Shown here: positions 30,224 through 40,535 of the stretch, piece after piece
Layout of the letters: each line of letters starts with the position of its first letter
How positions within the stretch are numbered: the stretch's first letter is position 1
Assembly: GCA_965262725.1 (NCBI GenBank)
Contig: OZ253555.1
Coordinates: forward strand, 384,001 to 448,000
Direction of reading: 5' to 3'
DNA length: 64,000 nucleotides
Origin: Dehalococcoidia bacterium
GTDB taxonomy: Bacteria; Chloroflexota; Dehalococcoidia; UBA2979
Position numbers and translations under genes: made by a program
Notes under the pieces: model-generated
The model's database searches: none
What the model saw: only the letters and a program-made list of their open reading frames with translations
What the model was told of the DNA's origin: nothing

Positions 30224-31837
30224 GTGCAGGACCGTTACGTCGGAGACGTGGGCGACTTCGGCAAGTACGGTCTGCTGCGCGCGCTGTGCTGCGCGGACGA
30301 GCACGGCGCGGCGCTCCGCCTCGGCGTCCACTGGCACCGCGTCGATGGGGGGCCACCGTCCCCTCGCGGCGACGGGAGCCACACGCAGTACCTCGACCGT
30401 CCCTCGCGACAGGAACGGCTGCTGCGCGAGTGTGATCGCGATCTGCTCGCACGGATGCGGCAACTCGTGCGCGGCACGCGCACCATCGACGCCGTCGAGA
30501 CGAGCGGCGCGCTGCCCGCGGGGACGCTGTACTTCGGCCGGGCGCCGGACTTCGCGCGGGCGCCCCGCGCGGAGCGACCCTCGCAGCGAAGCCGCTGGCG
30601 CGATGCCGGACTGCGGGCACTCGAAGACGCCGACATCGTCTTCCAGGATCCCGACAACGGGCTGGAGGTGCCGAGCAGCCGACCGCTCACCCGGCCGGGG
30701 ACGAAGCACGCGTACTACGACGACCTCCGCGCGTACTGGCAGAGAGGCCAGAGTCTCGTCGTGTACCACCACGTCGGCCGCACCTGGCGGGGGCAACAGG
30801 CGACGGCCGAGGAGCAGGTCGCGCACCGGGTGACGGAGCTGCGCCGCGAACTACCCGGAGCCGAGCCCCTGGCGCTCCGCTTCAGGCGGCGCTCCGCGCG
30901 TGTCTACTTCGTGGTGCCGGCTCCCGCGCACGACGGCAGGCTGAGGGCCAGGGCGTCGGCGTTCCTGTCGTCCGCGTGGGGCCGGGGACACCCTCCGCAC
31001 TTCGAGGGAATGGGGTGGCCGCCCCGCCACGTGGACGCACCGGGCGGAGCGCCGCGCCCGGGTCGGCCGGCGCGCGACGGCGGCGGCGGTGCGCCGAAGC
31101 CGACGATCCACGTCTCGCTGCTGGCCGGCTTCGGGGTCACCGTGGACGGCGTCGCGAGGAAGGTGCCGGAGGCGGCAAGCCGGCTCGCCGCATTGCTGGC
31201 CCTCCGGCCCGGGCGATTCTCCCGGTTTCTCGTCGCGAAGACGCTCCGGCCCGACCTCCCCCGCGCAGATGCCGCGCGGCACCTGCGCGGGGCGCTCCGC
31301 CGACTCCGCGCGTCCACGTCCCCGGCGATCGTCGAGTCCGGAAGCGAGACGGTCCGGCTCGCTTCGCACGTGACGGTCGACAGCCGGGAGGTGGATGACC
31401 TGCTTGCTCGGCGCCGCGAGGACATCGACGGGTTCCTGAGAGCGGCCGAGCCCGAGCGCCTCACCCGGGAACTGCTGCCCGGGTGGGACGAGCAGTGGGT
31501 CCTGCTCAAGCGTCACCGACACCACGCTCTCTCCTGGTACGCGCTCGATGCGTACATCCGCGAGCACATCGATCGCGGCAACCTCTCCGAGGCGCGGCGC
31601 GCGATCGACGTGGCGCTTGACGCCGACCCGCTGCACGAGCCGGCGGTGCGCGCCCTGATCGGGATCCACCGCGCAGCGGGCAATCGCGACGAGGCGATCC
31701 AGACCTATTTCCGCTTCCGGGACCGCTGGTACGACGAGATCGGACTCGAACCCCACGAGATGAAAGCACTCCTCAGGTGGCTCCTGACCCGGGACTTGCG
31801 AACGCTCGAGCCGCGCGAGCGGAGGACCGAACCCTAG
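30224..31837 (+). CDS. Fusion of a putative methyltransferase-like domain and a SARP (wHTH-BTAD) regulator
   Basis: N-terminal QDRYVGDVGDFGKYGLL..IVFQDPDNG; C-terminal VSLLAGF..LLPGWDEQWV..DPLHE. Confidence 0.75.
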   Translation: MQDRYVGDVGDFGKYGLLRALCCADEHGAALRLGVHWHRVDGGPPSPRGDGSHTQYLDRPSRQERLLRECDRDLLARMRQLVRGTRTIDAVETSGALPAGTLYFGRAPDFARAPRAERPSQRSRWRDAGLRALEDADIVFQDPDNGLEVPSSRPLTRPGTKHAYYDDLRAYWQRGQSLVVYHHVGRTWRGQQATAEEQVAHRVTELRRELPGAEPLALRFRRRSARVYFVVPAPAHDGRLRARASAFLSSAWGRGHPPHFEGMGWPPRHVDAPGGAPRPGRPARDGGGGAPKPTIHVSLLAGFGVTVDGVARKVPEAASRLAALLALRPGRFSRFLVAKTLRPDLPRADAARHLRGALRRLRASTSPAIVESGSETVRLASHVTVDSREVDDLLARRREDIDGFLRAAEPERLTRELLPGWDEQWVLLKRHRHHALSWYALDAYIREHIDRGNLSEARRAIDVALDADPLHEPAVRALIGIHRAAGNRDEAIQTYFRFRDRWYDEIGLEPHEMKALLRWLLTRDLRTLEPRERRTEP

Positions 31838-32004
31838 CAGGGTCGGGGCAGATCACCCCCTTGGCGCGGCCACGGAGTGCATTACAGTCAAGAGGGCGTC
31901 TGCGGCGTCGTTTCGGGGCGCAGGAGGCGTCTTCGGGGCCGATTCTGGCCCCCTCCGGGGCGCTTTCGCCCCGGTCGGGCGCCCGGGACCTACTCCGAGC
32001 GTGC

Positions 32005-32393
32005 CCGGCGGATCCCGCTTCGGGTTCGGCACTCCGCACCGACCTTGCAGCGCGGCGGCACCACGCACGTAGCGCTTGCCGCGCGCGCCGCCGTGCGGGC
32101 CGCGCACCGGACGGATAGTGTTCCGCGTGTCGCCTGCGAAGCGGGTGGCGCGCTCGCAGGGACGAGCACGGACAGGCAGGAGCATGACCGCTGCCTTCTA
32201 CGTCAACGAAGACAGGCCGACCCGCTCGGCGACGGTCCACCAGGCGGGGGGCCCCTGCCAGGTCCCCCAGCGAAAGCGGGCGCGCGACGGGCAGTGGCAC
32301 GGACCGTTTCGACTCAAGGAGGGGGCACTGAGAGTCGCCCGTGACGTCGGCCGCGACGTCTACGAGTGCCAGCGCTGTAACCCCTGACGCCGG
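32005..32393 (+). repeat. About 390-bp near-identical duplicate of 12870-13258 (upstream region plus small gene)
   Basis: Direct sequence comparison by eye. Confidence 0.85.
32184..32387 (+). CDS. Small Cys/His protein, copy 2
   Basis: MTAAFYVNEDRPTRSATVHQAGGPC..WHGPF..ECQRCNP. Confidence 0.8.
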   Translation: MTAAFYVNEDRPTRSATVHQAGGPCQVPQRKRARDGQWHGPFRLKEGALRVARDVGRDVYECQRCNP

Positions 32394-32711
32394 TGGGGCG
32401 ATCGCCTGTCGCGCCGACGGACGGAGCACTCGCTGTGCCGGCGCGAACTCGCGAGTGCGGTGGGGGCGATATGGCCACGCATGCCGCGACGCGATCGAGG
32501 ACGGCTTCGAGCACCGCGTCTACCCCGACGCGGCGCCGCAGGGCGTGTCGGCAACCGCCGGCACTCAGTAGGATTGGTCGGGGCGTGCCGCCCGGGTGGG
32601 CCGGTCCCACGTGCGGCGCCGCCCACGCCCGGTCGCGTTCACGCGCGCGCCCGGACGCAGGCGCGTCGTGCTCCCGGACACGCCTGGTCGGAACCGCCCG
32701 GAGGCGCGCCC

Positions 32712-33788
32712 ATGTCCGAGCAGACCCCCAGCCGGGCCGAGCTGGACGCGGAGGCTCACGCGGACCTGGCGCTACACCGCGCGGTCCTCGCCGAGATGGC
32801 CGCGCGCGGCGTCCCCGAGGAGGTGCTGGAGCAGCAGCGCGAGAACGTCGCGCTCGCGGCCGGGACGGCCGAGCTGCTGCGGCACAGCGAGCCCGGCCAC
32901 GACTGCGCCCGCCTCGGCTGCCGCGTGGACGACCTGATCGCACGGCTGTGTGACGCCCTCACCGGCGTGCCCATGGGCTGGGGCGAGTCGACCGACGACG
33001 ACACCTCGGGCGTCGACCGGGCGCGCGGTGCCTCACCGGACGAACGGGCGCCGGGCCGGCGTCCCGCGACGATTCGCGTGTCGCTTCTCGGCAGGTTCGG
33101 CGTCACCCGGGACGGGATCACCTGCGAGCTACCGGAGGCGGAGCAGCGCCTCGTCGCGCTGGTGGCGCTCCGCCGCGTCGTGGGCCTGCCCTGGGCCGCG
33201 GAGCGGCTCGCGCCTCGCATCGAGCCGGCGAGCGCGGTCGCGCGCCTCCACGCGGCGATCGCCCGCCTGCGGTCGGCCGGCCTCGACATGCTCGACGTCG
33301 ACGGCCGGGTGCTCAGCCTGGCGGCGGGCGTCACGGTCGACGCCGCGGAGGCGGAGGCGTTCTTCTCCCGGCTCGCGCGGCAGGGGGGCGACCCGCGGTG
33401 GAGCGCCGACCACGACCGGCTGCTGCTGGAGCTGCTCCCCGGCTGGACGGACGGCTGGGTGCTTCTCCAGCGTGTCAGGTTCGAGGCTCTCTCCCTGCGC
33501 GCACTGGACACGGAGATCCGCCGGCTGCTGGACGGCGGCGCCCGGACCGCCGCCCTGACCTTCGCGCAGAAGGTGCTCCGGGCCGATCCGTTCCGCGAGA
33601 GCACCCTGCGCCTGCTGATCGCGACCCACCTCGCCGAGGGCCGCGACGAGCTCGCCCGTGACTGCTACCTGGACTTCCGGCGGGATCTGCTCGACGCGTT
33701 CGGCTTCGAGCCCTCGCCGATGGCCCGTGCGCTCGTCGCCCACCTGCTGGGCGACGAGGGCGCGCCCGGCGAGAGATCTCCGGGCTGA
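32712..33788 (+). CDS. SARP-family (wHTH-BTAD) regulator with N-terminal extension
   Basis: IRVSLLGRF..RLVALVAL..LLPGWTDGWV..DPFRE..GFEPSP. Confidence 0.85.
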   Translation: MSEQTPSRAELDAEAHADLALHRAVLAEMAARGVPEEVLEQQRENVALAAGTAELLRHSEPGHDCARLGCRVDDLIARLCDALTGVPMGWGESTDDDTSGVDRARGASPDERAPGRRPATIRVSLLGRFGVTRDGITCELPEAEQRLVALVALRRVVGLPWAAERLAPRIEPASAVARLHAAIARLRSAGLDMLDVDGRVLSLAAGVTVDAAEAEAFFSRLARQGGDPRWSADHDRLLLELLPGWTDGWVLLQRVRFEALSLRALDTEIRRLLDGGARTAALTFAQKVLRADPFRESTLRLLIATHLAEGRDELARDCYLDFRRDLLDAFGFEPSPMARALVAHLLGDEGAPGERSPG

Positions 33789-33839
33789 CGCGTCGAGCGT
33801 GCGCCGGCCGGTTTCAGCGCCCGGTGTGGGCGCGGGCGG

Positions 33840-34190
33840 CACGGTCAACGACATCGACTGGTACCGGGTCGGACTGCAGGTTCGCGCAACCTGTCAGTTC
33901 GACATGCGCGGCAAGCCGACCGGCGGGTGGCAGCTGGTCGACGGCGTGCCCGCGTACGTCTCCGTGGGCAGCCTGGAAGCTCCGAAGCTGCTGGGAATCT
34001 ACGACGCGAGCGGCGTACTGCTCGCGGGCACGGACTCGGAGGTGGCGGGCACGGGCAAGGACAGCCGGATCGCGTCGTTCAGCCCCGCCGCGGACGGTGT
34101 CTACTTCATCTCCGCCTCGGCCGGGAGCGGCTGGACGGGCACCTACGTACTCTCGCTCACCGTGACGGCCGGCGAGCACGTCACGACCTG
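33840..34190 (+). pseudogene. PPC (pre-peptidase C-terminal)-like domain remnant of a surface protein
   Basis: DIDWYRV..GIYDASG..DSRIASFSPAADGVYFI..GTYVLSL; no proper start. Confidence 0.55.
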
Positions 34191-34331
34191 ACCTTGCTCG
34201 CGCCAGGCGGCCTGACCGCGACCATCGTGGACGGCAGCGGCGGCGCGCTGAGTTGGAACACGCCCGCGCGGGCCAGGTCCGGCGGATGGATCCCGGTGCC
34301 CGCGAGGGCGCGCCGGGCGGCAGCCGTCCGG

Positions 34332-35177
34332 TTACGGCGAGGGCGGACCGTCGCTGGTCGCGAGCAGGGGCGTGTCGGGGGGAATCCCGTCCGCGAAGAG
34401 CGCGCGGAAGGCGCGGTTGACGAAATCCGGCGCGCCGAGGACGTAGGGAACGAAGACGCCGTTCTGTGTGGCGCAGAGGGACCTGATGTGCCGGCTCTCG
34501 GCGCACGAGACCAGCTCCGGGACGGTTCCGCCTTCGTAGCTGACGAGGCTGAAGCCGGCCGCGCCGGCGCCCCGGAGGCACGGCGCCGGCGGCTCCTGGG
34601 CGATCCGCACGCGGTAGATGCCACTTCGGCTCCGATCGGGCGAGGTCACGGTCACCGTGATCTCCGTGCCGTCCGCGATCGGCACCTGGTGGCCGCTCGT
34701 GAAGCGGTCCGAGTCGGGCGGTGCGATGACGATCAGGGCGCGGGGCTGCGCGCCATGGGCATCGACCGTCGACTCCGCGATTCCCGCCCGGGCAACACCG
34801 GCGTAGTCGCGGCGGGCGGGAGTGAACTCACCGATGTCGACGCCCGACAGCGTGAGCGAGGTGAGGCGGGTGTCGGTGGCGTCGGGCATGTTGTAGCTGT
34901 AGATGTGAATGTCGCTCCCGTCGGCGACGTACATGACGCCCCCGTCGGACCAGATGGCGCGCGGGCTGTTGTTGCCTGCCTGCGAGAGCGAGAGCTCCGG
35001 GAAGTCCTCCTCCTCGACGCGCTCGAGTCTGATCGGCCCGGCCTCCTCCAGCGCGGGCAGGCGGTAGGCGAGTGCTCGTTCCAGCGCGGCGCGCACATCT
35101 TCCTCGGCCCGAAGTGCCGGGCCGAGGAGCGCGTCATCGCCCGGGAGTGGATCATCCGCGCCTCGGAGGCGCTCCAC
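34332..35177 (-). pseudogene. C-terminal fragment of a surface protein: cadherin-like beta-sandwich plus APDF domain
   Basis: DTRLTSLTLSG..FTP..Y..ITVTVTSPD..YRV; YVLGAPDFVNRAF; no signal peptide. Confidence 0.7.
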
Positions 35178-35276
35178 CTGCGCCCACCTGGGCGAGCGCC
35201 GCCACGGTCGAGTACTTCCTGGAGTACGCCAGCAGGGTCGTCGACCACCGGCTGTGGACTCGCGTCCGGAGGCGTA

Positions 35277-35495
35277 TCAGCGAACCCGCACGAAGACGAT
35301 GTCGTCGTGGTCGACCACGAGGTAGTTCGAGACGTAGGCCGGCGCCGCCGGAACGTAGACGCGGCAGCTTCGGGTGGGCACGTCCAGGGTCGCTGGACTC
35401 CCGTCCAGCGCATCACACCGAGGACTGGGCCCGCCGGTAGCTCACCGACGAACGTCCCGAACGTAGCATCCGGGACAGGTGAGAGATCGAGGCGC
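35277..35495 (-). pseudogene. Internally deleted duplicate of the 3' half of the 35869-36531 gene
   Basis: RLDLSPVPDATFGTFVGELP..RWTG / DVPTRSCRVYVPAAPAYVSNYLVVDHDDIVFVRVR. Confidence 0.8.
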
Positions 35496-35499
35496 CGCG

Positions 35500-35700
35500 T
35501 TCCGCCCGGGTGTTGAGTCCGTGGCGCCTCAGGACGCGCCAGACCCCGCTGTGGGAGAGGCGGATGCCTCCCCGGCGGGGGCGCGCGATCTCGGCGCCGA
35601 TGCGCACGGGTCCGAGGCCCTGGTAGCCGAGGGCGAAGGCGACGACGGGCTGCTCGACGACCGGACTGGTGGCGTTGGGGAGACGCGGTGGGCGTGCCGA
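35500..35700 (-). pseudogene. IS481-like transposase HTH remnant
   Basis: EQPVVAFALGYQGLGPVRI..GVWRVLRRHGLNTRA. Confidence 0.6.
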
Positions 35701-35868
35701 GCACCGGCGCGGCCCGGGATCTGCCTCCCGCCGGCGCCGGGCGGGGCGCCTGACGGCGCGCGTGCCCGAGGGGAGGGAGGGGCTGTGTTCTCGCGGCACG
35801 GCCGCTCCCGGCCGCACGTCGTGCGACACGCGGCAGTTCTCCTGGTGGCGTGTGCGGAGGTGTGGAGG

Positions 35869-36531
35869 CTAGCGGACGCGGATGACGACGATGTCGTCGC
35901 GGTCGACCAGCAGGTACCTGGAGACGAAGTCCGGTGCCGCCGGTGCGTAGACGCGATAGCTCTGGGTGGGCACGTCGAAGTACGAGACGGACTCCACGTC
36001 GCGCGGGATCGTGGCAACCGCCTGCTCGATCGGCGTCGCCGAGGCGCCCGTCCAGCGCAGCACACCGAGGCCCGGGCCCGTTGGTAGCTCACCGACGAAC
36101 GTCCCGAACGTGGCGTCCGGGACCGGTGAGAGATCGAGGCGCTGCGTGCCGGCCTGCCACGCCTGCGTCTGCGCGGCGGGTGATCCCTCGTCCACCTCCC
36201 CGGCGAGGAGCAGGAAGCTCACCGGGGAGCCCTCCGTGCCGCAACCCTCCTTCGTGGATGCGGCGGCCACGGTGACGACGTAGAAGCCGAGTCCGCCCGC
36301 CAGGGGCGTCACATCGTCCGTGCCACAGGTGACGTCGGAGACGATCGCACGCACCTTCAGGGGAGTTGCGCCGCCGGCGCCGGGAGAGATGAAGCCGTAG
36401 AAAATGGAGGCGTCCGCCTCCTGCGCATGTGCGCGGGAGGCGGACGCTCCAGATGAGGCCACGAGGGCCAGGCCGGCGGCGATGGCGAACGCTGCGACGA
36501 GCGTCGAGCGGATAGCCATGCCGCCAACCAC
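35869..36531 (-). CDS. Secreted protein with C-terminal APDF domain
   Basis: Signal peptide ending AHA; Cys pair; YAPAAPDFVS. Confidence 0.8.
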   Translation of the reverse strand: MVGGMAIRSTLVAAFAIAAGLALVASSGASASRAHAQEADASIFYGFISPGAGGATPLKVRAIVSDVTCGTDDVTPLAGGLGFYVVTVAAASTKEGCGTEGSPVSFLLLAGEVDEGSPAAQTQAWQAGTQRLDLSPVPDATFGTFVGELPTGPGLGVLRWTGASATPIEQAVATIPRDVESVSYFDVPTQSYRVYAPAAPDFVSRYLLVDRDDIVVIRVR

Positions 36532-36541
36532 TACGCGAGCG

Positions 36542-37117
36542 CTAGCGGACCCGGCCGGTCACCGAGCGCGCACCCGCGAGCATCGCCACGGCGAGGGCGC
36601 CGAGGCCAAGCGCGAGCCACGGGCTCGAGGACGACGTGCCGGCGAGGCCGGCGTTGCCGGTGTCCGGCGGCTCCGGCGTCATGGTCTCCGTCGGCGTCAT
36701 GGTCTCCGTCGGCGTCATGGTCTCCGTCGGCGTCATGGTCTCCGTCGGCGTCTCACCCATGCTGCCCATGTCGTAGGTCAGCGTGACTTCGGACGCGAGA
36801 CCGGCACTCCAGGTCACCGTCTCGTTGGCGGCATTGCCGTCAACCGTGAAGGTGATCTCGGAGCCGCTGGCGACGCCACACTCACCGTCGTCGATCTGGA
36901 CCAACCACACCGAAGTGGCCGCGTCGACCGCGGCGGTCTCGCAGACCACCCCGTCGACGGAGGCGACGATCACCGAGTCCGCGGCCGGAGCCGGTCCCCA
37001 GAGAAGAGTCGGCGCCTGTGCGTGGGCGGACGGCGCGGAGGCGAGACCGGCGCCGAGCAGAAGGGCCGCGAGAGCGACCACCCCACCCAGCCGGGTCAGG
37101 CCCTTGCTGAGAATCAT
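36542..37117 (-). CDS. Surface protein with TPTETM repeats and sortase-like PPDTG-TM-basic tail
   Basis: Signal peptide; 18-bp tandem repeat about 36675-36752; PPDTG, hydrophobic helix, RSVTGRVR. Confidence 0.8.
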   Translation of the reverse strand: MILSKGLTRLGGVVALAALLLGAGLASAPSAHAQAPTLLWGPAPAADSVIVASVDGVVCETAAVDAATSVWLVQIDDGECGVASGSEITFTVDGNAANETVTWSAGLASEVTLTYDMGSMGETPTETMTPTETMTPTETMTPTETMTPEPPDTGNAGLAGTSSSSPWLALGLGALAVAMLAGARSVTGRVR

Positions 37118-37170
37118 TCATTCCTCCCCTGTGCCCGTGCGGGACATGCATCCCGCCCGTCAGTTCTGTT

Positions 37171-37213
37171 CACAGCCCCCGGACCGCGCGTTCGGCGCGA
37201 CCCGGGGGCTGTG
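37171..37213. terminator. GC hairpin after the large surface protein gene
   Basis: CACAGCCCCCGG ... CCGGGGGCTGTG 12-bp stem. Confidence 0.55.
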
Positions 37214-37244
37214 GTTGCTGCTGCCTTAGCAGCTGCTCACGCAG

Positions 37245-39218
37245 CTACGGGCAGGACACGTACGCGGCCGCGAAGGCGATCGGGAACTCGACGTTGTCGG
37301 TGAACCCGCGGTTCGCGAAGTCCGGAGCACCCACGGCGTAGATGACAGGGGTGCCATCCATGAGCGTGAGGCTGACCGACGCACCGGTCTGGTCGCCACA
37401 GCCGATGAGCCCGAGGGCGTCATCGATGCTGGACAGGTTGGTGAAGCTCACCAAACCAGACTGGCCCGCCGACGGGTTGAACCCGACGATACCAGGCGGC
37501 GTAACCACCTCAACCACCTCAGGCGGCGCAGGCGGCTCAACCTCCGCACCGATCTGGATGATGATCGGCTCCTTGGCCGTGACCTTCTTTTTGGCGTCCT
37601 TCGTGCGCACGAGGAACTCGACCACGCCCGGCGTGGACGGCGCGATGTAGCTGAACTTCGCGCGCCCGTCGCTGGTGTTGGCCGACACCTCGCTGATGAT
37701 CGCGCCGTCGCCGGCGGTCTTCAGCACCTCGATGGCCGTGCTGCCCACGCGGACGCCCTGGTCGTCGAGCACGGTGATGTTCACCGTGAGCTCGGCCGAC
37801 GGGTCGATCCGCTCGGGAGCGTCGTGCAGGATGTCATCCGGCGCGCCGCCCACGTCGATCGAGAGCTTCACGGCCTCGACCTTGGTGTTGGCGGTCGTGC
37901 CCGTGTCGCCGCTGAGCGCCACGATAGTGATCTCGTGCGCGCCGCGGGCCGCATCGTCCGACGTGCCGTCGGCCGAACCGGCGTCGACCTGCAGAACGCA
38001 CTTGCCGTCGCCGTTCGTGCCGATCGATGCGAACACGCCAACCACAGGCGAATTCTCGTCGTCGGCGTTGGCGTCAACGGCAGTGATACCGCCGCCACAG
38101 GCCGGGTAGTCGCCCGTCTGGACCGTGCCCTTCGTGCCGCCATCCTTGTTCATGTTGTTGGCGACGGACACCTCGTTGCCAGTGCTGCTCGGCCCGACGA
38201 CGCCGGTCGCGCCAGACTTGACGCCCGCGCGTGACTTCGCCACGGGGTTGCCAGCGGAGTCGGTCGCGGTGACGACGATGTAGGTCATGCCGCCGACCTC
38301 GATCGCCGACTGCTGGGCCATCGCGGTCAGCGTCTTGACCGGCCCGTGCAGCACGAGTTGGGCTGTCCCGGTGACGCTGCCCACCGTTGCGGTGATCGTG
38401 GAGACGCCGGGGGTGCCCCCGCCCTTCACAGCCACACGCACCCAGCCGGCCGTGTCGACATCGTCGCTAGAGACGTCGTCATCGCCGTCCGCAGTGGTGG
38501 TTGCGGTTCCGGCCAGAGCCGCGGCGGTACCGCTGGCGATTGACCCGACCGTCACCGTCTCGCTATTGATGGTGCGGCTCAGTTCAGTCGACGGCTCCAG
38601 CAAGGCGCGGGTCGATACGATCGTGATCGCCTTGTCCGCGATGCCCTTGCCGTTCGCATCCGTCAGCCGGATGTCGAGGGTCGTCTCACCGGCGGTGGCC
38701 GTGCCTTGCCCGGAGTCAATCGACCTATCGGCGAGCTTCAGCGCCAGCTTCGTCGGCACCTGCGCGACCTCGACGGTGATCGTGTCGAGTTCGTTTTGCG
38801 GGGTGGACGCGACAGTCGCCTGCCTGACGAAGATGGCGCCCGCACCGGAGTCGTCGTCGATCTTCAGTGCCACCGTGACGTTGTCCGTCTCGGCCTTCTC
38901 CGCGTCGCAGGCTCCCCCGCCGTTGCACAAGATGGACTGGCCCTCGTCGGTCGCGCTCGAGTGCGTGAAGGATGCCGTGGCCTTCCCGGTGGTCTCGATC
39001 GTGAACCGCACGTAGATCGTGTCACTGCCGTTGTCGTTGTTGATGTAGACGGTGTCGCCGTTGCTCCTGGTGAGATCGCCACCGCTCAGTCCGCTGCCAG
39101 TGGCGGTTTGTCTCACTTCCGCCTCGGCGGTCGGGGCGGACACCAGCACAGCGAACGCCACCGCGAAGGCGGCGACGCCGGCGAGGCCGTATGCGCCCAG
39201 CTTAAGTACGTATTGCAT
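37245..39218 (-). CDS. Large secreted Ig-like / S-layer-like protein with C-terminal APDF domain
   Basis: Signal peptide ending AEA; T/A/G/V/D-rich beta segments (LTDANG, ATDSAGNPV); YAVGAPDFANRGF. Confidence 0.8.
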   Translation of the reverse strand: MQYVLKLGAYGLAGVAAFAVAFAVLVSAPTAEAEVRQTATGSGLSGGDLTRSNGDTVYINNDNGSDTIYVRFTIETTGKATASFTHSSATDEGQSILCNGGGACDAEKAETDNVTVALKIDDDSGAGAIFVRQATVASTPQNELDTITVEVAQVPTKLALKLADRSIDSGQGTATAGETTLDIRLTDANGKGIADKAITIVSTRALLEPSTELSRTINSETVTVGSIASGTAAALAGTATTTADGDDDVSSDDVDTAGWVRVAVKGGGTPGVSTITATVGSVTGTAQLVLHGPVKTLTAMAQQSAIEVGGMTYIVVTATDSAGNPVAKSRAGVKSGATGVVGPSSTGNEVSVANNMNKDGGTKGTVQTGDYPACGGGITAVDANADDENSPVVGVFASIGTNGDGKCVLQVDAGSADGTSDDAARGAHEITIVALSGDTGTTANTKVEAVKLSIDVGGAPDDILHDAPERIDPSAELTVNITVLDDQGVRVGSTAIEVLKTAGDGAIISEVSANTSDGRAKFSYIAPSTPGVVEFLVRTKDAKKKVTAKEPIIIQIGAEVEPPAPPEVVEVVTPPGIVGFNPSAGQSGLVSFTNLSSIDDALGLIGCGDQTGASVSLTLMDGTPVIYAVGAPDFANRGFTDNVEFPIAFAAAYVSCP

Positions 39219-40111
39219 TCATTCTCCAAATCGGTTCGTGTGTTCTCTCCCGATCGTCTGCGCTACCCGATCGCGCCTCCCTCTTTCGCCCCGACCCCCC
39301 GGACGGCCCCTGCACGACGCGCGCGCACTCCCGCCCACATCTCATGTAAACGACGTGGCGCGGGGAAAGGTTACCGGCGCGGCCCGCTTACGGCACGCAC
39401 CGATGCCGCCAGCGGTCCCGTACCCATGCTCCGCAACGCCCCGTGCAACAACGCGGCGGCCGGCCCCTTTCACCGGCGACACCCGCGCCCCGCCTCTGCT
39501 TGCGGAAGAGGCGGGGCGCTGTGGTTCCCGGGCGAGCTCGGAGGGGTGGCCGGAGCGGCGTGTCGTGAGATAGGATTCCGCGCACCGGGGGTCCACGGGG
39601 GTATAAGGGGCGGGGAAGCCCCGCGGGGGCTCGGGCGTTCGTGGTAACTCCGGGCGTTCGGGTCTTCTTTTACCCCTCCCCGCCACTTCCCACCCACATG
39701 GTCCGCGCGACGGGCGCCCCATCGTGCTACCAGGATGTCATGCACGCGAGGCGTGCCCCGCTCGCGACGCCCTGGCCGCCGGACTCGGGCGCGGGGGGAG
39801 CCGGCCGGCGGACAGCTCGTGTGTTCGCGGCCGGCGTGGCGGCCGGCGGGTGATCTCCGTCCGGGAGCCGGCGACCATGGGCTCAAGCGCCTACGGGTCG
39901 ACCGGACGCTGGTAGACCGCATCCGGATCGCCGTACGCGCTGCCCTCGTATAGCAGCACCCGTGTCGCCGGATAGTCAGGCGCCTCATCGTAGTACAGAT
40001 GACATGAGCGTCGGCCCCCTCCTCAGAGGGGATACTTCCCCTCCGGGCACGGGCTCCCGTGGTGGCCCAGGAGAACGGCTCAGGCGGGCCGCGAGAGGTA
40101 GGAGACCGACC

Positions 40112-40535
40112 GTGGCACAGGGTACATCAGATGTCACAGAGAGCAGGAAGGCGGGGGCTGCGGAGCTCGTGACTGTCGGCATCGACGTCGGCGACCGCTA
40201 CAGCCACCTCTGCGTCCTCGGTGGCGACGGGGAGATCCTGCGGGAGGAGCGAGTCCGCACCACGACCGCGGCGCTCACGCGGGCGCTCGCCGGGGATGAC
40301 GGGCGCGCGGGTGGTGATGGAGGTGGGGCCGCGGTCCCCGTGGCTGAGCCGGATGCTCTCGGAGCTCGGGCACGACGTCATCGTCGCCACCCCGGGGCGG
40401 GTCAGGCTGATCGCGCGCAGCCAGCGCAAGACCGGCCGCTCCGATGCCGAGCACCTCGCACGGCTTGGCCGATTCGACCCGGCGCTCCTCTTCCCCATCC
40501 GGCACCGAAGCGCCATGGCGCAGGCGGACCTCCGG
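40112..40535 (+). pseudogene. IS110-family (DEDD) recombinase remnant, frameshifted and truncated
   Basis: VGIDVGDRYSHLCVL, frameshift near 40295, VVMEVG..W..KTGRSDAEHLARL. Confidence 0.85.

Noticed and set aside
37168-37178. Another CTGTGAAC regulatory box
   Set aside because: No 11-bp phasing; it overlaps the arm of a terminator-like hairpin.
39585-39635. G-rich palindromic stretch as oriT or REP element
   Set aside because: Single copy with no diagnostic nick motif that I can support.
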